Part shown: positions 48,591 to 58,456 of the stretch, in pieces
Position numbering within the stretch: position 1 is the first letter of the stretch
How the letters are laid out: each line of letters begins with the position of its first letter
Notes under the pieces: generated by a model
What the model saw: only the letters and a program-made list of their open reading frames with translations
Database searches by the model: none
Told to the model about the DNA's origin: nothing
Position numbers and translations under genes: made by a program
IMG/VR virus record: IMGVR_UViG_3300025000_000012
Span: 1 to 62,969 of that record
Length of the DNA: 62,969 nucleotides
Strand: one strand, 5' to 3'
Source of the DNA: a virus

Positions 48591-49682
48591 ATGGCCGATC
48601 TTACAGAATTTGCGTTAAATGATCCGTTGGCAGTACAACGGTGGTCCACCTCTCTGGCAGTAGAAGCTGCTAAGAAACAGTATTTTGCCCCGTTTATCGG
48701 TACGGGTCATGATTCCCTGTTAACCCTCAAAGACGAGCTCAATAAGGGTGCTGGCGATAAGGTCACCGTTGGTCTGCGCATGAAGCTTTCCAAACCTGGT
48801 GTTGAGGGTGACGGAATCATCGAAGGTCATGCGACTGGTGAGGAAGCACTCATCTTCTTCAATGACGCTCTGTTCATTGACCAATTGAGAAAGGGTACCA
48901 AGTCCAAGGGTAAGATGTCCGAGCAGCGCGTTCCTTATAACCTTCGTAAAGAGGGTCGGGATGCTTTGTCTACCTGGTGGGCTGAAGAGCTAGACGAAGA
49001 GATTATGTTCTATCTGGCCGGGGCTCGCGGTGTAGGAACCTCTTATCATCAGCCTACATCCTGGACGGGCCGCGCGAGTAACGCTCTGCAGGCTCCTGAT
49101 ACAGCCCATGTAATGTACGCTAGCACCGCTACCGCCAAGACTGGTATTACGACCTCTATGCCCATCACTCTGATGGACGTTGAGCGCTTGGTTGCTCGTG
49201 CTGAGCTGACAGATCCGATGATTCAGCCCTTCAACGTCAATGGTCAGAAGAAGTTCGTCCTGCTTATGCACACCATCCAAGCATATCAGCTTCGTACTGG
49301 TACTTCTACCAATGATTGGATGACTATTCATAAAGCCACGGATTCCAGTGAAGGCGCCAAGTCTATGATCTATACCAATGCTCTCGGTGAGTACGCTGAT
49401 GTCGTTCTGCATAAGCATCGTAACGTGGTAACCTTCAGCGACTATGGTTCTGGCGCTAATGTCGCCGCTGCCCGCGCGCTGTTTATGGGTGCTCAGGCCG
49501 GTCTGATCGCTTATGGTCAGGGCGGAAGCGCTCAGCGCTACAACTGGAATGAAGAGACTGATGACCGTGGAAATGCTTTGGCTATTACTGCAGGAACGAT
49601 CTTCGGCGTTAAGAAGGCTCAGTATAACTCAAAAGACTTCAGCACCATCGCTTTTGACGCATACATGCCCGCTTCTATCTAA
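48591..49682 (+). CDS. Major capsid protein (HK97 fold, N4-gp56-like family, 363 aa)
   Basis: WSTSLAVEAAKKQYFAPFIGTG...LNKGAGDKVTVGLRMKLSKPGVEGDGIIEGHATGEEAL...FIDQLRKG fits the pattern I recall for N4-gp56-type capsids. GGAG upstream. Confidence 0.8.
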   Translation: MADLTEFALNDPLAVQRWSTSLAVEAAKKQYFAPFIGTGHDSLLTLKDELNKGAGDKVTVGLRMKLSKPGVEGDGIIEGHATGEEALIFFNDALFIDQLRKGTKSKGKMSEQRVPYNLRKEGRDALSTWWAEELDEEIMFYLAGARGVGTSYHQPTSWTGRASNALQAPDTAHVMYASTATAKTGITTSMPITLMDVERLVARAELTDPMIQPFNVNGQKKFVLLMHTIQAYQLRTGTSTNDWMTIHKATDSSEGAKSMIYTNALGEYADVVLHKHRNVVTFSDYGSGANVAAARALFMGAQAGLIAYGQGGSAQRYNWNEETDDRGNALAITAGTIFGVKKAQYNSKDFSTIAFDAYMPASI

Positions 49683-49690
49683 TATCTACT

Positions 49691-49723
49691 ATTAATGATG
49701 TAGCTTCATGCTACGTCATTAAT
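49691..49723 (+). terminator. Strong 14-bp stem-loop after the capsid gene (attenuator/stabiliser, no U-tract)
   Basis: ATTAATGATGTAGC-ttcat-GCTACGTCATTAAT, with one G-U pair. Confidence 0.5.
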
Positions 49724-49741
49724 TAAGGAGACTACAATCAC

Positions 49742-50230
49742 ATGGCTAATGTAACAAAGAAAAATATAGCACTCTCGCATGCGAAAGTGCTCGGTGGAAA
49801 ACCCTACGGGAACTTGTCAGTTCTTACATACTCCTTGGCTACTAATGCCTCAGGTGTATGGGTAGACTCAGATCAAGCTACCGCAGTAGCAATCAACGAT
49901 GTACTACGCTTGGGAATTATCCCTAAGGGCACCAAGATCGGTATTGACTATGTCAATAAAGTCAGCACCGCATTTAAGACTGGTACTACCGGTAAAGTCG
50001 GTTTCTTGTATGTTGATGGCGTAGATTCATCTGCAGTACCTGAAGATGATGATTATTTCTGCGCCGCTACTACTTTGGCCGCTGCCGCAGTTCTTCGGCA
50101 GACTAATGTCGCAGTAAGACCAGTTACGCTCCCGAAAGATGCGTACCTTACCGTGACTATAGCTGGCGCTGCGCAAGATGCGGCTGCTCAGCTGGATATC
50201 TCGATTATCGGTGTAACTGACGCAGCTTAA
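49742..50230 (+). CDS. Hypothetical head protein (decoration/auxiliary candidate, 162 aa)
   Basis: AAGGAG upstream. Lies immediately after the capsid gene and is followed by a terminator. Confidence 0.6.
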   Translation: MANVTKKNIALSHAKVLGGKPYGNLSVLTYSLATNASGVWVDSDQATAVAINDVLRLGIIPKGTKIGIDYVNKVSTAFKTGTTGKVGFLYVDGVDSSAVPEDDDYFCAATTLAAAAVLRQTNVAVRPVTLPKDAYLTVTIAGAAQDAAAQLDISIIGVTDAA

Positions 50231-50259
50231 TCTTTATTGCTGACGTTAGAGTTTTATAG

Positions 50260-50288
50260 ACTGGTTAACTTGTTTAACCAGTTTATTA
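50260..50288 (+). terminator. Rho-independent terminator candidate
   Basis: ACTGGTTAA-cttgt-TTAACCAGT followed by TTATT. Confidence 0.55.
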
Positions 50289-50313
50289 AGCCCCTAACCT
50301 CAAAGAGGACCAA

Positions 50314-50952
50314 ATGACACTAGCTGAACTTATATCGGCATTTAGAAGTACGACGTCAGACACCGCGCTTCCGTACCTATGGTCTGACGCTGAAGTTACT
50401 ATGTACCTGAATGCTGCTGAGATCGAAGCCGCTACGAGGGCTAATCTCTTGCAGGTTACTGGTGGTACATATGGTATGATTACTACAGTACCAGAGACTT
50501 CTGAGTATACGGTGAGTCCACTTGTTCTTGAGATTAAACGAATTAAGATTGGCGAGGTTATTCTTAGCAGGAAAACTAAAGAAGCGCTGGACGATGAATG
50601 GCCGGGATGGGAAATAGCAACGGGATCGCCAACTCGGTATATTCTTACTGGTCAAACGCTTCGAGCAGTACCAATACCAGAAGCCGCAGAGAATATGATT
50701 ATGGACGTCGTAAGGCTTCCAATTACGATGGCTTCTACAGGACCCGAGATTCCTGCTAAGTATCATTTAAAGTTAATGGACTGGGTATTCTTTTTAGCAT
50801 ACTCAAAGCAGGACGCGGATACTTTTAATGCTGATATGGCAAATATGTATTCAAGGCGTTTTGACCAGTCTTTTGGTGAATCCCAAACTGCGAATGTTCA
50901 GCGTCAGCAGTTAACTCAGATGCCTACACAGAATCGGCCAACCTGGATTTAA
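50314..50952 (+). CDS. Head-tail adaptor/connector-like protein (212 aa)
   Basis: N-terminus LAELISAFRSTTSDTALPYLWSDAEVTMYLNAAEIEAA resembles adaptor families. Inference. Confidence 0.55.
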   Translation: MTLAELISAFRSTTSDTALPYLWSDAEVTMYLNAAEIEAATRANLLQVTGGTYGMITTVPETSEYTVSPLVLEIKRIKIGEVILSRKTKEALDDEWPGWEIATGSPTRYILTGQTLRAVPIPEAAENMIMDVVRLPITMASTGPEIPAKYHLKLMDWVFFLAYSKQDADTFNADMANMYSRRFDQSFGESQTANVQRQQLTQMPTQNRPTWI

Positions 50953-50953
50953 T

Positions 50954-52204
50954 ATGCCTAAATTCTCATTAGAAGATCAAACACGAGTTCTAGGACCTTT
51001 TCCTCATGGAATGAATAATAGACAACCTAGTCATGCGTTACCTGTGGGTACAGCTAGAAACTCTGTGAATGGTGTCTTTGATAATCTAGGCAAGTTTCAT
51101 CGCCGAGGCGGATTAACTAAGGTATATTCAGGAATGGGTTTATCTAATGGGTACCGGTGTGAGCTTGGTAGATTTTTTGTAGAGAACGGACAATTACGAC
51201 GACTTTTGCCTAATAATACTTCAGAGGTGATCTGTGAAGGAATCTTGGGTTCAGATCTTACATATAATTATTTTAACGGTACTTTATACTTTAGCGATGG
51301 TTTAGTAAATAAAAAAGTCACAAGTAGTACCTGTTATAATTGGGGCCTGACTCCGCCAGCTGAGTTATCAGTATACTCAGTATCTGGTACTTACGGTGCT
51401 GGAACTTATCTCGCCGCATGTGTATGGGTAGACCATGACGGAGTAGAGTCCGGAGCATCTGATGTTATATCAATAGACGTGCCCTCTAATTCAGGATTTG
51501 TATTTACCAATTTACCAAATAAGTCTGACCCACAGATTAGCGTTCTAAGGATTTACTTAAGCACGGCTAACGGTGAACTTTTATATCGCGTAGCTGATAT
51601 TAGTCCAGGAACGTATTCATATACGATACTGTCAGGTAGGTATGACGCGGGTATAATCTGCGCGTCTCTCGAGGTTACACAACCGCCTCCTGGTCGAGTT
51701 ATTCGGTTCTATAATGGTCGTGCGTATGTAGCAGACAGTGTAGGAACTATATGGTATTCTGACCCATACGAGTATGACCGGTTTAGACCCGCAGATAACT
51801 ATATCATGCTGACTAAGCCTGTAGATATCCTGGAGCCGGTAACAGCGGGTATCTTTATAGCTTACGGAGATACCACGTATTTTTACGGCGGTACCCCGGA
51901 GAACGGCTTTAACCCAGTGTTGAAGTTTAACTATGGTGGGGTATTTAAAACAGGCGCGCCGATTCCAAATTCACCACAAGTATCTTGGCAGTCCCAGCGA
52001 GGGATGATAGTGGGATCGCCAGATGGTTCGTGCGAGAATCTCCAAGAAAAACACGTAGCGGTAGAATCAGCCGTGTCTGGTGCTACTTTAATACAAGAGT
52101 CAAACGGACTTCGTCAGTATATTGTAAGTCTTAATCAGCCGACCACTTCAAGGATGGCCGCAACTAGTTGGATTGATGCCGAGATTATACGGCGAGGAGC
52201 TTAA
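50954..52204 (+). CDS. Virion structural protein (416 aa)
   Basis: Tightly packed in the structural operon. No motif recognised. Confidence 0.65.
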   Translation: MPKFSLEDQTRVLGPFPHGMNNRQPSHALPVGTARNSVNGVFDNLGKFHRRGGLTKVYSGMGLSNGYRCELGRFFVENGQLRRLLPNNTSEVICEGILGSDLTYNYFNGTLYFSDGLVNKKVTSSTCYNWGLTPPAELSVYSVSGTYGAGTYLAACVWVDHDGVESGASDVISIDVPSNSGFVFTNLPNKSDPQISVLRIYLSTANGELLYRVADISPGTYSYTILSGRYDAGIICASLEVTQPPPGRVIRFYNGRAYVADSVGTIWYSDPYEYDRFRPADNYIMLTKPVDILEPVTAGIFIAYGDTTYFYGGTPENGFNPVLKFNYGGVFKTGAPIPNSPQVSWQSQRGMIVGSPDGSCENLQEKHVAVESAVSGATLIQESNGLRQYIVSLNQPTTSRMAATSWIDAEIIRRGA

Positions 52205-52714
52205 ATGGAACAGTACGAAGTTGGATTCACCTACACGCTGAAACATATCGGCGTAGACGGAAAGCTAATCTCCGTAGAGCAAGTCCACAACATAATGCCT
52301 ATAGTAGGCATCGACTACTTGCTTAACACGGCGTTTAAAGGCGGTAGCGCGTATACCTCATGGTACGTCAGTTTATTTGACGCCAATAGGCTTCCGTTGT
52401 CTACAGATACTATGGAGACGCTGATGGCAGACTGCACGGAGAATACCGCGTATACTGTTACCGGTGGTGCGCGTAAGTTGATTACGTTTCCTGCGGTCAA
52501 CTCAGGCACGCTGTCAACACTTGATGACGCCAACGAGAATGAGTTTGACTTTGTAGGAGCGTCGACTGTTCGCGGCGCCTTTATCACGACTAATGTAACT
52601 CGGGGAAATAACGCAGGCCTGCTCATCTCGGCCGTGTTGTTCCCGAGTCCTAAGGTCATATCAGCAGGTGAATCTTTGCGAGTCCCAGTTGGATTTGCGT
52701 TAGTCTCGGTATAA
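52205..52714 (+). CDS. Small structural protein, paralogue set member 1 (169 aa)
   Basis: GIDYLLNTAFKGGSAYTSWYVSLFDAN, compared with LVLTWLFSTAAATRPTTWYVSLHTGDP in the next gene. Confidence 0.65.
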   Translation: MEQYEVGFTYTLKHIGVDGKLISVEQVHNIMPIVGIDYLLNTAFKGGSAYTSWYVSLFDANRLPLSTDTMETLMADCTENTAYTVTGGARKLITFPAVNSGTLSTLDDANENEFDFVGASTVRGAFITTNVTRGNNAGLLISAVLFPSPKVISAGESLRVPVGFALVSV

Positions 52715-52723
52715 GGGGGACCT

Positions 52724-53122
52724 ATGTCAGCATTTTCTACATTCTCAGCAAACCTGGTACTTACCTGGTTATTCAGCACGGCTGCTGCGACTAGACCTAC
52801 GACGTGGTATGTATCTCTGCATACGGGTGATCCTGGCACGGACGGTTCTGCTAATGAAGTAACAACTGGCCTAGACGCTAACTACGTCCGTAAAGCTTTA
52901 ACAATGGGTACCGCTGCAGCTAAACAGATGCTCAATTCAGCACAGTGTTCGTGGACAGCCGCTGCAAGTATTACGCCATACACGATCACTCATGTCTGTA
53001 TCAAGGATGCATTGACCGCGGGTAATACTTTGTTTATGGCAGCTAAGCCAGTGCCGACCTCAGTCACTAATAACGCAGTCACAACCTTTGCGGTCGGTGA
53101 AATTATCGCCGCCTTACTCTAA
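52724..53122 (+). CDS. Small structural protein, paralogue set member 2 (132 aa)
   Basis: Shares the WYVSL(F/H) core with 52205..52714. Confidence 0.65.
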   Translation: MSAFSTFSANLVLTWLFSTAAATRPTTWYVSLHTGDPGTDGSANEVTTGLDANYVRKALTMGTAAAKQMLNSAQCSWTAAASITPYTITHVCIKDALTAGNTLFMAAKPVPTSVTNNAVTTFAVGEIIAALL

Positions 53123-53131
53123 GAGGATACT

Positions 53132-53602
53132 ATGGGTGATTTCAAACTTAGTACAGGAATGAAGAATGCGATAGCCGCTGTGATGGCTACCGACTGGAAC
53201 GCTAATAACATGGTGCTCCGGATCTACGGCTCCCCGACCAGCCAAGCCGCGGCTGACGCGCTTATCCCAGCCGCTACCAATACGGCTATCGGCGCCGCAA
53301 CTCTACTGGTCACGATCAGCAACAACTCGGCAGGTACGGCTATAACCTTGAATACAACCCCGACTGATGGTGTGCTGACCAAGACCGTCGCTGAGACTTG
53401 GAGTGGCGTGATCGCAGCTTCTGGCTACCCCTCGTTCTACCGGGCGTCCGCAATTGCAGATACCGGTGCTCTCAGTACGACGGAGAAGCGCTATCAAGGG
53501 ACCGCAGGAGCGCTAAACAAGAGCTTGATTGTCCAGGCATATATGACCCTCGGCCAGACTCAACCTATCGATGGTTACGCACTCGGAGTTCCTGGAGAGT
53601 AA
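53132..53602 (+). CDS. Small structural protein, possible distant member 3 (156 aa)
   Basis: Same N-terminal helix-then-strand layout (KNAIAAVMATDWNANNMVLRIYGSP). The similarity is weak. Confidence 0.6.
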   Translation: MGDFKLSTGMKNAIAAVMATDWNANNMVLRIYGSPTSQAAADALIPAATNTAIGAATLLVTISNNSAGTAITLNTTPTDGVLTKTVAETWSGVIAASGYPSFYRASAIADTGALSTTEKRYQGTAGALNKSLIVQAYMTLGQTQPIDGYALGVPGE

Positions 53603-53605
53603 GAG

Positions 53606-54148
53606 ATGTCTAATATTCTTACATATCCAGAGTGGTCTGAGTTCATTTTACAAGGTAATGCTTGGTGGAACGAGTCTACTGGGCTGTTTGAGTCGTTTAC
53701 TGCAAGTTCGCCCATCGACCCAAGAGAGTATGGAACAATAAGTCTTCAGTACAATGGTACTGATGCGCTTTCAGTATTCGGGGGCCATAAAATTATTATT
53801 GTTGTTGATGTCCTTAGGTTTGGTAGCCTTCTTATTGACGACGGTACATTTACAGAAACTAACGCTGTACAACTTCGGTTCGAAGGGCAGTATATCGGAA
53901 CTGGAGCACCTGCGTGGACCCACACGGGCGTAATTATTGAGCGAAGTCAAACACAGTATGTCGTTGAAGTTCAATTACCAGAAGTGGTAAACGGGATGTT
54001 CTGGTGGTCCGCAGTGACCGCGGTAGACCCGCCGTTCTGGGCGCCTAGGCAATTCGTGGCGACTTATAGAATGTATCTTGATGTTTTCGAAGACACCGCA
54101 CCAGAGTTTTGGACAAACTTCTCCGGGCAGACCGAGATCATCATATGA
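53606..54148 (+). CDS. Virion structural protein (180 aa)
   Basis: Packed ORF. Its stop overlaps the next ATG (ATGA at 54145). Confidence 0.6.
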   Translation: MSNILTYPEWSEFILQGNAWWNESTGLFESFTASSPIDPREYGTISLQYNGTDALSVFGGHKIIIVVDVLRFGSLLIDDGTFTETNAVQLRFEGQYIGTGAPAWTHTGVIIERSQTQYVVEVQLPEVVNGMFWWSAVTAVDPPFWAPRQFVATYRMYLDVFEDTAPEFWTNFSGQTEIII

Positions 54149-55989
54149 TAACCCCCGATGGCGACAGGAGTAAAAAGCGGCTCTGGTTCGCGGAGAAGCA
54201 ACTTGCTGTCATCAAGGATATCGATGTCCCTGCCAAGGCTGTCAAGTGGGATGGTTTTACCTTTAAAGTTTGGCAGCAAGGAGACCTGACCGGTGGCCGT
54301 GTTATCGCCCCAATGGGGGCAGTTGTCGTCTGCTCGACCAAGCAGGGGGTGAAGATCTCTGTTGCTGATCATTGGGCCGGGGCGTTCACTACCCTCGCCG
54401 ACCTTTACGTGCTATTCTACAAAGTCGCTGATGAAGAGGCCGAGGTCATTATTCTGAACAAGACCTCACTTGAGGATCTCGCGCTCGCCAGTTTAGAAGA
54501 AGTGCTGATTGACGGTGAGATGGTTACGAAAGACTTTCAGACTATTAAATTCCGGCCTATGGTAGCCCTTGATCCATATGGCTTAGTAGACGGAGTTTCC
54601 ACTGGGGTAGATACAGTATGGATAGAGAGTTACCCGCAGTCTCCCGGGCTTATGCCGTACAAGGCAGGCGAAGCGTTCTCGCTTACTGTTACTGAGAATA
54701 TGTTCGTTGACCTGAACGGCAACGGTGAAGCCGACGAGATTAAGTACATGACTGATTCGTCTTTATTATTCTACGCGGCTAATGGTTTAAACCTCGGTGG
54801 CCGATTAACGATGGCCTATGAGACTGGCTGGGGGCAAATAGCTAATCCGTGGAGGACCATTCAACAACTGACTGCAGACTGGCAGGTTATGTGGCAAAAC
54901 GTCAGTTATGAAGTAGTAGATAACCAGAAGATTATCGCCCGTAACTTTCAGTTTCCAAACACTTGGGTGATAACCAAGGAGTCAATGATTCCTGAAGATA
55001 CTGTACCTGATGCGCTTAGGCTTATTTTACTTGAAGGGCCTCACGATCTTTCAAGTATTCCGATGGGCTCGTATTCATTTGTTTCAAATAATATACAAAC
55101 ATTTTTGCACTGCTTCAACTTAACATTTACAGGAACTGACGCGAGTCAGTACTTCTTTGATAATCCTGATGAAGTAAAGTGGCGACTCTTTTACTCACTG
55201 AAAGTAGGTAGTACTGTACACGTAGTTGACTCTTCACAGTTTATTGACTTACTAGATACCCTCGCAACTGTTGACATTTTAGAGGGTGGAACTGATTGGG
55301 AAAACGCTCGGCGTATGCTGCAACAGCTTATCGGAGGGTACCCAAATAAGACCTTTACAGTACCCTATGATACAAGTATGTTTCACGCGCATGACGGAAA
55401 CATCTATACCTGGACAAGAGAATACGGAACTGTAAAGTTTACACCGTATGGTTTATTTATCGCGTCAGTAATAGTTCCTGCTGAAGTATCACTTAATGAA
55501 GGCACTCGACCTGAAATTTCATACGCTGGTACCTATGACACTGTTCCGCTTTACCTATGTACCTGTAATGACGTAAAAAATGAAATTAGAGCAGTATACT
55601 ACGGGTCCCCATTTGTAGGTTGGGTCTTGCTTCCTGGAGTAGCTGCGGAACTGACACTAGTACATGCTAGGCCTGTACGGGTATCTCCTACGAGTATCTT
55701 CCTTACTGGTGTTATTAAAGAGACTCTTACTGTAGACGATGTAGAGACTGAAGTTTACTCCTTCGCGTGCTTACAGTGGAAGATAGATGAAGAAGGCCTT
55801 GCGAGTACAGCGCCCTGGCAGAAACTTGGTAGACTACCTTTTGTTGTTGGTGAAGAAGATAACTTTAACACCTGCTTATTTGGCGCGGATAAATTAGTCG
55901 ACGACCTTGCTAATTATTTATCTCCTCCACCAGTTTCACCGCAGCAATCTGTTGGGCCCTATAATCTTTACGCAATCGGGATGCCATGA
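54145..55989 (+). CDS. Large virion/tail protein (614 aa)
   Basis: Start re-set to ATG 54145 (ATGA coupling). The ORF track gives 54109. Confidence 0.65.
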   Translation: MITPDGDRSKKRLWFAEKQLAVIKDIDVPAKAVKWDGFTFKVWQQGDLTGGRVIAPMGAVVVCSTKQGVKISVADHWAGAFTTLADLYVLFYKVADEEAEVIILNKTSLEDLALASLEEVLIDGEMVTKDFQTIKFRPMVALDPYGLVDGVSTGVDTVWIESYPQSPGLMPYKAGEAFSLTVTENMFVDLNGNGEADEIKYMTDSSLLFYAANGLNLGGRLTMAYETGWGQIANPWRTIQQLTADWQVMWQNVSYEVVDNQKIIARNFQFPNTWVITKESMIPEDTVPDALRLILLEGPHDLSSIPMGSYSFVSNNIQTFLHCFNLTFTGTDASQYFFDNPDEVKWRLFYSLKVGSTVHVVDSSQFIDLLDTLATVDILEGGTDWENARRMLQQLIGGYPNKTFTVPYDTSMFHAHDGNIYTWTREYGTVKFTPYGLFIASVIVPAEVSLNEGTRPEISYAGTYDTVPLYLCTCNDVKNEIRAVYYGSPFVGWVLLPGVAAELTLVHARPVRVSPTSIFLTGVIKETLTVDDVETEVYSFACLQWKIDEEGLASTAPWQKLGRLPFVVGEEDNFNTCLFGADKLVDDLANYLSPPPVSPQQSVGPYNLYAIGMP

Positions 55990-57266
55990 CAATATTAGTA
56001 AAAGAAATGGTTCGGACAGTAGTACCAGTCATCGGAGGTAGCCCCGCTACGTCTAGCTATAACTCGACAACAACAGTTATTCAAAATACTAGCTCTACAG
56101 GGCCAAATGCTACATGGACTCCTGCAGTTCCAGGTAGTAATGCGGGTTCTAACCAGCCAGACTCAACGAAGAGTATCCGGCTCGCTACTAGCTCAGAGAC
56201 ATATTTAATCTTGGATACATTATTTCCAGGGTATTATCAAATAAACTCTCTTCCACACACGTACGGCCCGTTTTATACTTACACTAAGAATGTTATATTT
56301 GGTACCCCCGCGTACACTTGGTCAGATGGTCGGTACGCTGCATACTGGAGTGGTTCAGCTGGTATAGGCTTCTATATATTTACTGGCTACGATGTTAATA
56401 ATTATCCAACACAAAGTATCAACGTAGCCCCGGTTGAACAAACATATGTAAACCGTAACGAGTACTTACAAAATCCGGATGCTACTTCCGAGATCTACAA
56501 GTATGTTATTGAGCGGGCAGAACGAGAAGTAGAAGAGTATACTATAAAATACGGGGCTGACGCTCCTGAGACCCAGGCGAAAAAACAGGATCTCGCTGAC
56601 TTAAAGCGCCTTCAAAAAGACACAGTAGATGAAATTTACGGTATACCAGAAGGCCCCAATATATTTGGCACTGGGTATGATACTTTAACAACTGATGCTT
56701 CTTCAGGGATTCCATATTTTATACAACCGAGTTCAGCGTCTACAGTGGAAGTTACCACACACACGAGCATGCCCGCTGTAGCCGAGTCCCCGGCTATTCA
56801 GCTACAGACTTGGCAGATTAATATGATCACTAACCGTGGGTGGAATACCTGGGCGCGGAGCATAAATCCGTTGCTCCCTGGTAACTACCTATTATTCGCT
56901 ATGCCCCAAAGTATTGATAGCGGATGCCTAGCAATCGGTCCAAAGAATATGGAGGGCCTTGGTATAGCACGGTTTTCCAACTCTATTATTGTGGATAAAG
57001 ACGGTGCAAAAGCACATGAGTACGGTGTAGTAGTTCAGTCAATGAACAGCGCCCACAGTGGCCTCTCGGCCCTGCGGATATATCGACACACCGACGGGAG
57101 CATCGCCTACGTGGTAACTACTGGGACAGAGACTTTTGTACATACAAGTTCTAGCCCGTATCCTCTGGCTACGCCGCTTTATATCTACGGATACTTATAC
57201 GCTAGCGGTGACCAGGTTAGTTCAGCATCTTTTGTAACAGGTGAAGTCAATTATGGGAGCGTATAA
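55986..57266 (+). CDS. Virion/tail protein (426 aa)
   Basis: ATGA overlap with the upstream gene. Confidence 0.65.
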   Translation: MTILVKEMVRTVVPVIGGSPATSSYNSTTTVIQNTSSTGPNATWTPAVPGSNAGSNQPDSTKSIRLATSSETYLILDTLFPGYYQINSLPHTYGPFYTYTKNVIFGTPAYTWSDGRYAAYWSGSAGIGFYIFTGYDVNNYPTQSINVAPVEQTYVNRNEYLQNPDATSEIYKYVIERAEREVEEYTIKYGADAPETQAKKQDLADLKRLQKDTVDEIYGIPEGPNIFGTGYDTLTTDASSGIPYFIQPSSASTVEVTTHTSMPAVAESPAIQLQTWQINMITNRGWNTWARSINPLLPGNYLLFAMPQSIDSGCLAIGPKNMEGLGIARFSNSIIVDKDGAKAHEYGVVVQSMNSAHSGLSALRIYRHTDGSIAYVVTTGTETFVHTSSSPYPLATPLYIYGYLYASGDQVSSASFVTGEVNYGSV

Positions 57267-58456
57267 TGATAGGTGAGGGTTTTCTCTTTATATACGACTT
57301 TGCTGTATTCTTTGAGGGCGAAGGTACACTTTCTGTCGGTCAGTCTACCGCCAACCTCGTGACTTTTACGGGCATAGGTGAGTTGTCGATTGAGTCCTCA
57401 AGTAACTATGGCTTCGCATTAATCCCGGCTATTGTCTCACAGGGACAAGAGAGCGCAGACTTTCCAGGCTGGGGTGACGCGATGATTCCGCCTATATTCT
57501 CAAGTGGCACTGGCGGGTTCTATACTCCTCCGGATCCTGAGTACGGGTTTGCATTTATTCCAGCTATTCAGTCCTTCGGGTACATGAACGAGCCCGGAGG
57601 TCAAGGCTCTGCGTATATTCCTTCGCTCGTCTCTCAAGGTGTTGAGGGTCCATATGGTTCCGGCGTAGCGTCTATCCCAACGATTCAGAGTTTCGGTTGG
57701 GACGATTTTGGACCACAAGAAGCGCCGATTATATCCATAGTGTACGCCTTCTCTGGTGCGGGCGCTAAAGTGGATATGATTGTTTTTATAAATGAACGCG
57801 GTGAGATAACTGATACTATATCTGGATCACGGATTCAACTAGAGTCGATTTTAGCATCAATTAATGCTACTGGCTCCATAGTATCTATAGGGTCTTTCCT
57901 CGCTTCCGCGGTATCGCAAGCTTATGCAACTACATCCAGTAGCGGTATTGTAGAGTACCTCGATGAAGATATTGTAATAAGTAAACCTTCAGTTAATGAC
58001 ACAAATAGAGTATGGGTCGTTAACATTGATACGGGCGCCTCCGGTCAGTACGATGGGTACGGCTTTAATTCATTCTTTGAAGAAGACGGTATTTGTTACG
58101 GCGTAGCGGAAGATGGTATCTATCAGCTTGACGGCACTACTGATAGCGGTCAAGATATTGACGCACTGTTAGAGATCGGTAAATCTAACTTCGGTATCCA
58201 GGAAGAGAAGAAGATCATAAATGTTTACGCTGGTGTAAGATCAGATAATACCATGCTGCTCAAGGTAGACGCTGATGGTGAGTCTTATATCTACGAGGCC
58301 CGACGAGCTAACGACGAATTGTCAAATACTCGATTCGACGTCGGCAAGGGCCTTAAGGGTAACTACTATAACTTTACGCTGCTTAATAACGAAGGCGGTG
58401 ACTTTGAGTTAGAAACAATGTCATTTGAACCTGTAACCCTTTCAAGGAAGATATAA
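57266..58456 (+). CDS. Virion/tail protein (396 aa)
   Basis: TAATG overlap. Internal repeats of the type FALIPAIVSQG / FAFIPAIQSFG / SAYIPSLVSQG / VASIPTIQSFG. Confidence 0.65.
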   Translation: MIGEGFLFIYDFAVFFEGEGTLSVGQSTANLVTFTGIGELSIESSSNYGFALIPAIVSQGQESADFPGWGDAMIPPIFSSGTGGFYTPPDPEYGFAFIPAIQSFGYMNEPGGQGSAYIPSLVSQGVEGPYGSGVASIPTIQSFGWDDFGPQEAPIISIVYAFSGAGAKVDMIVFINERGEITDTISGSRIQLESILASINATGSIVSIGSFLASAVSQAYATTSSSGIVEYLDEDIVISKPSVNDTNRVWVVNIDTGASGQYDGYGFNSFFEEDGICYGVAEDGIYQLDGTTDSGQDIDALLEIGKSNFGIQEEKKIINVYAGVRSDNTMLLKVDADGESYIYEARRANDELSNTRFDVGKGLKGNYYNFTLLNNEGGDFELETMSFEPVTLSRKI

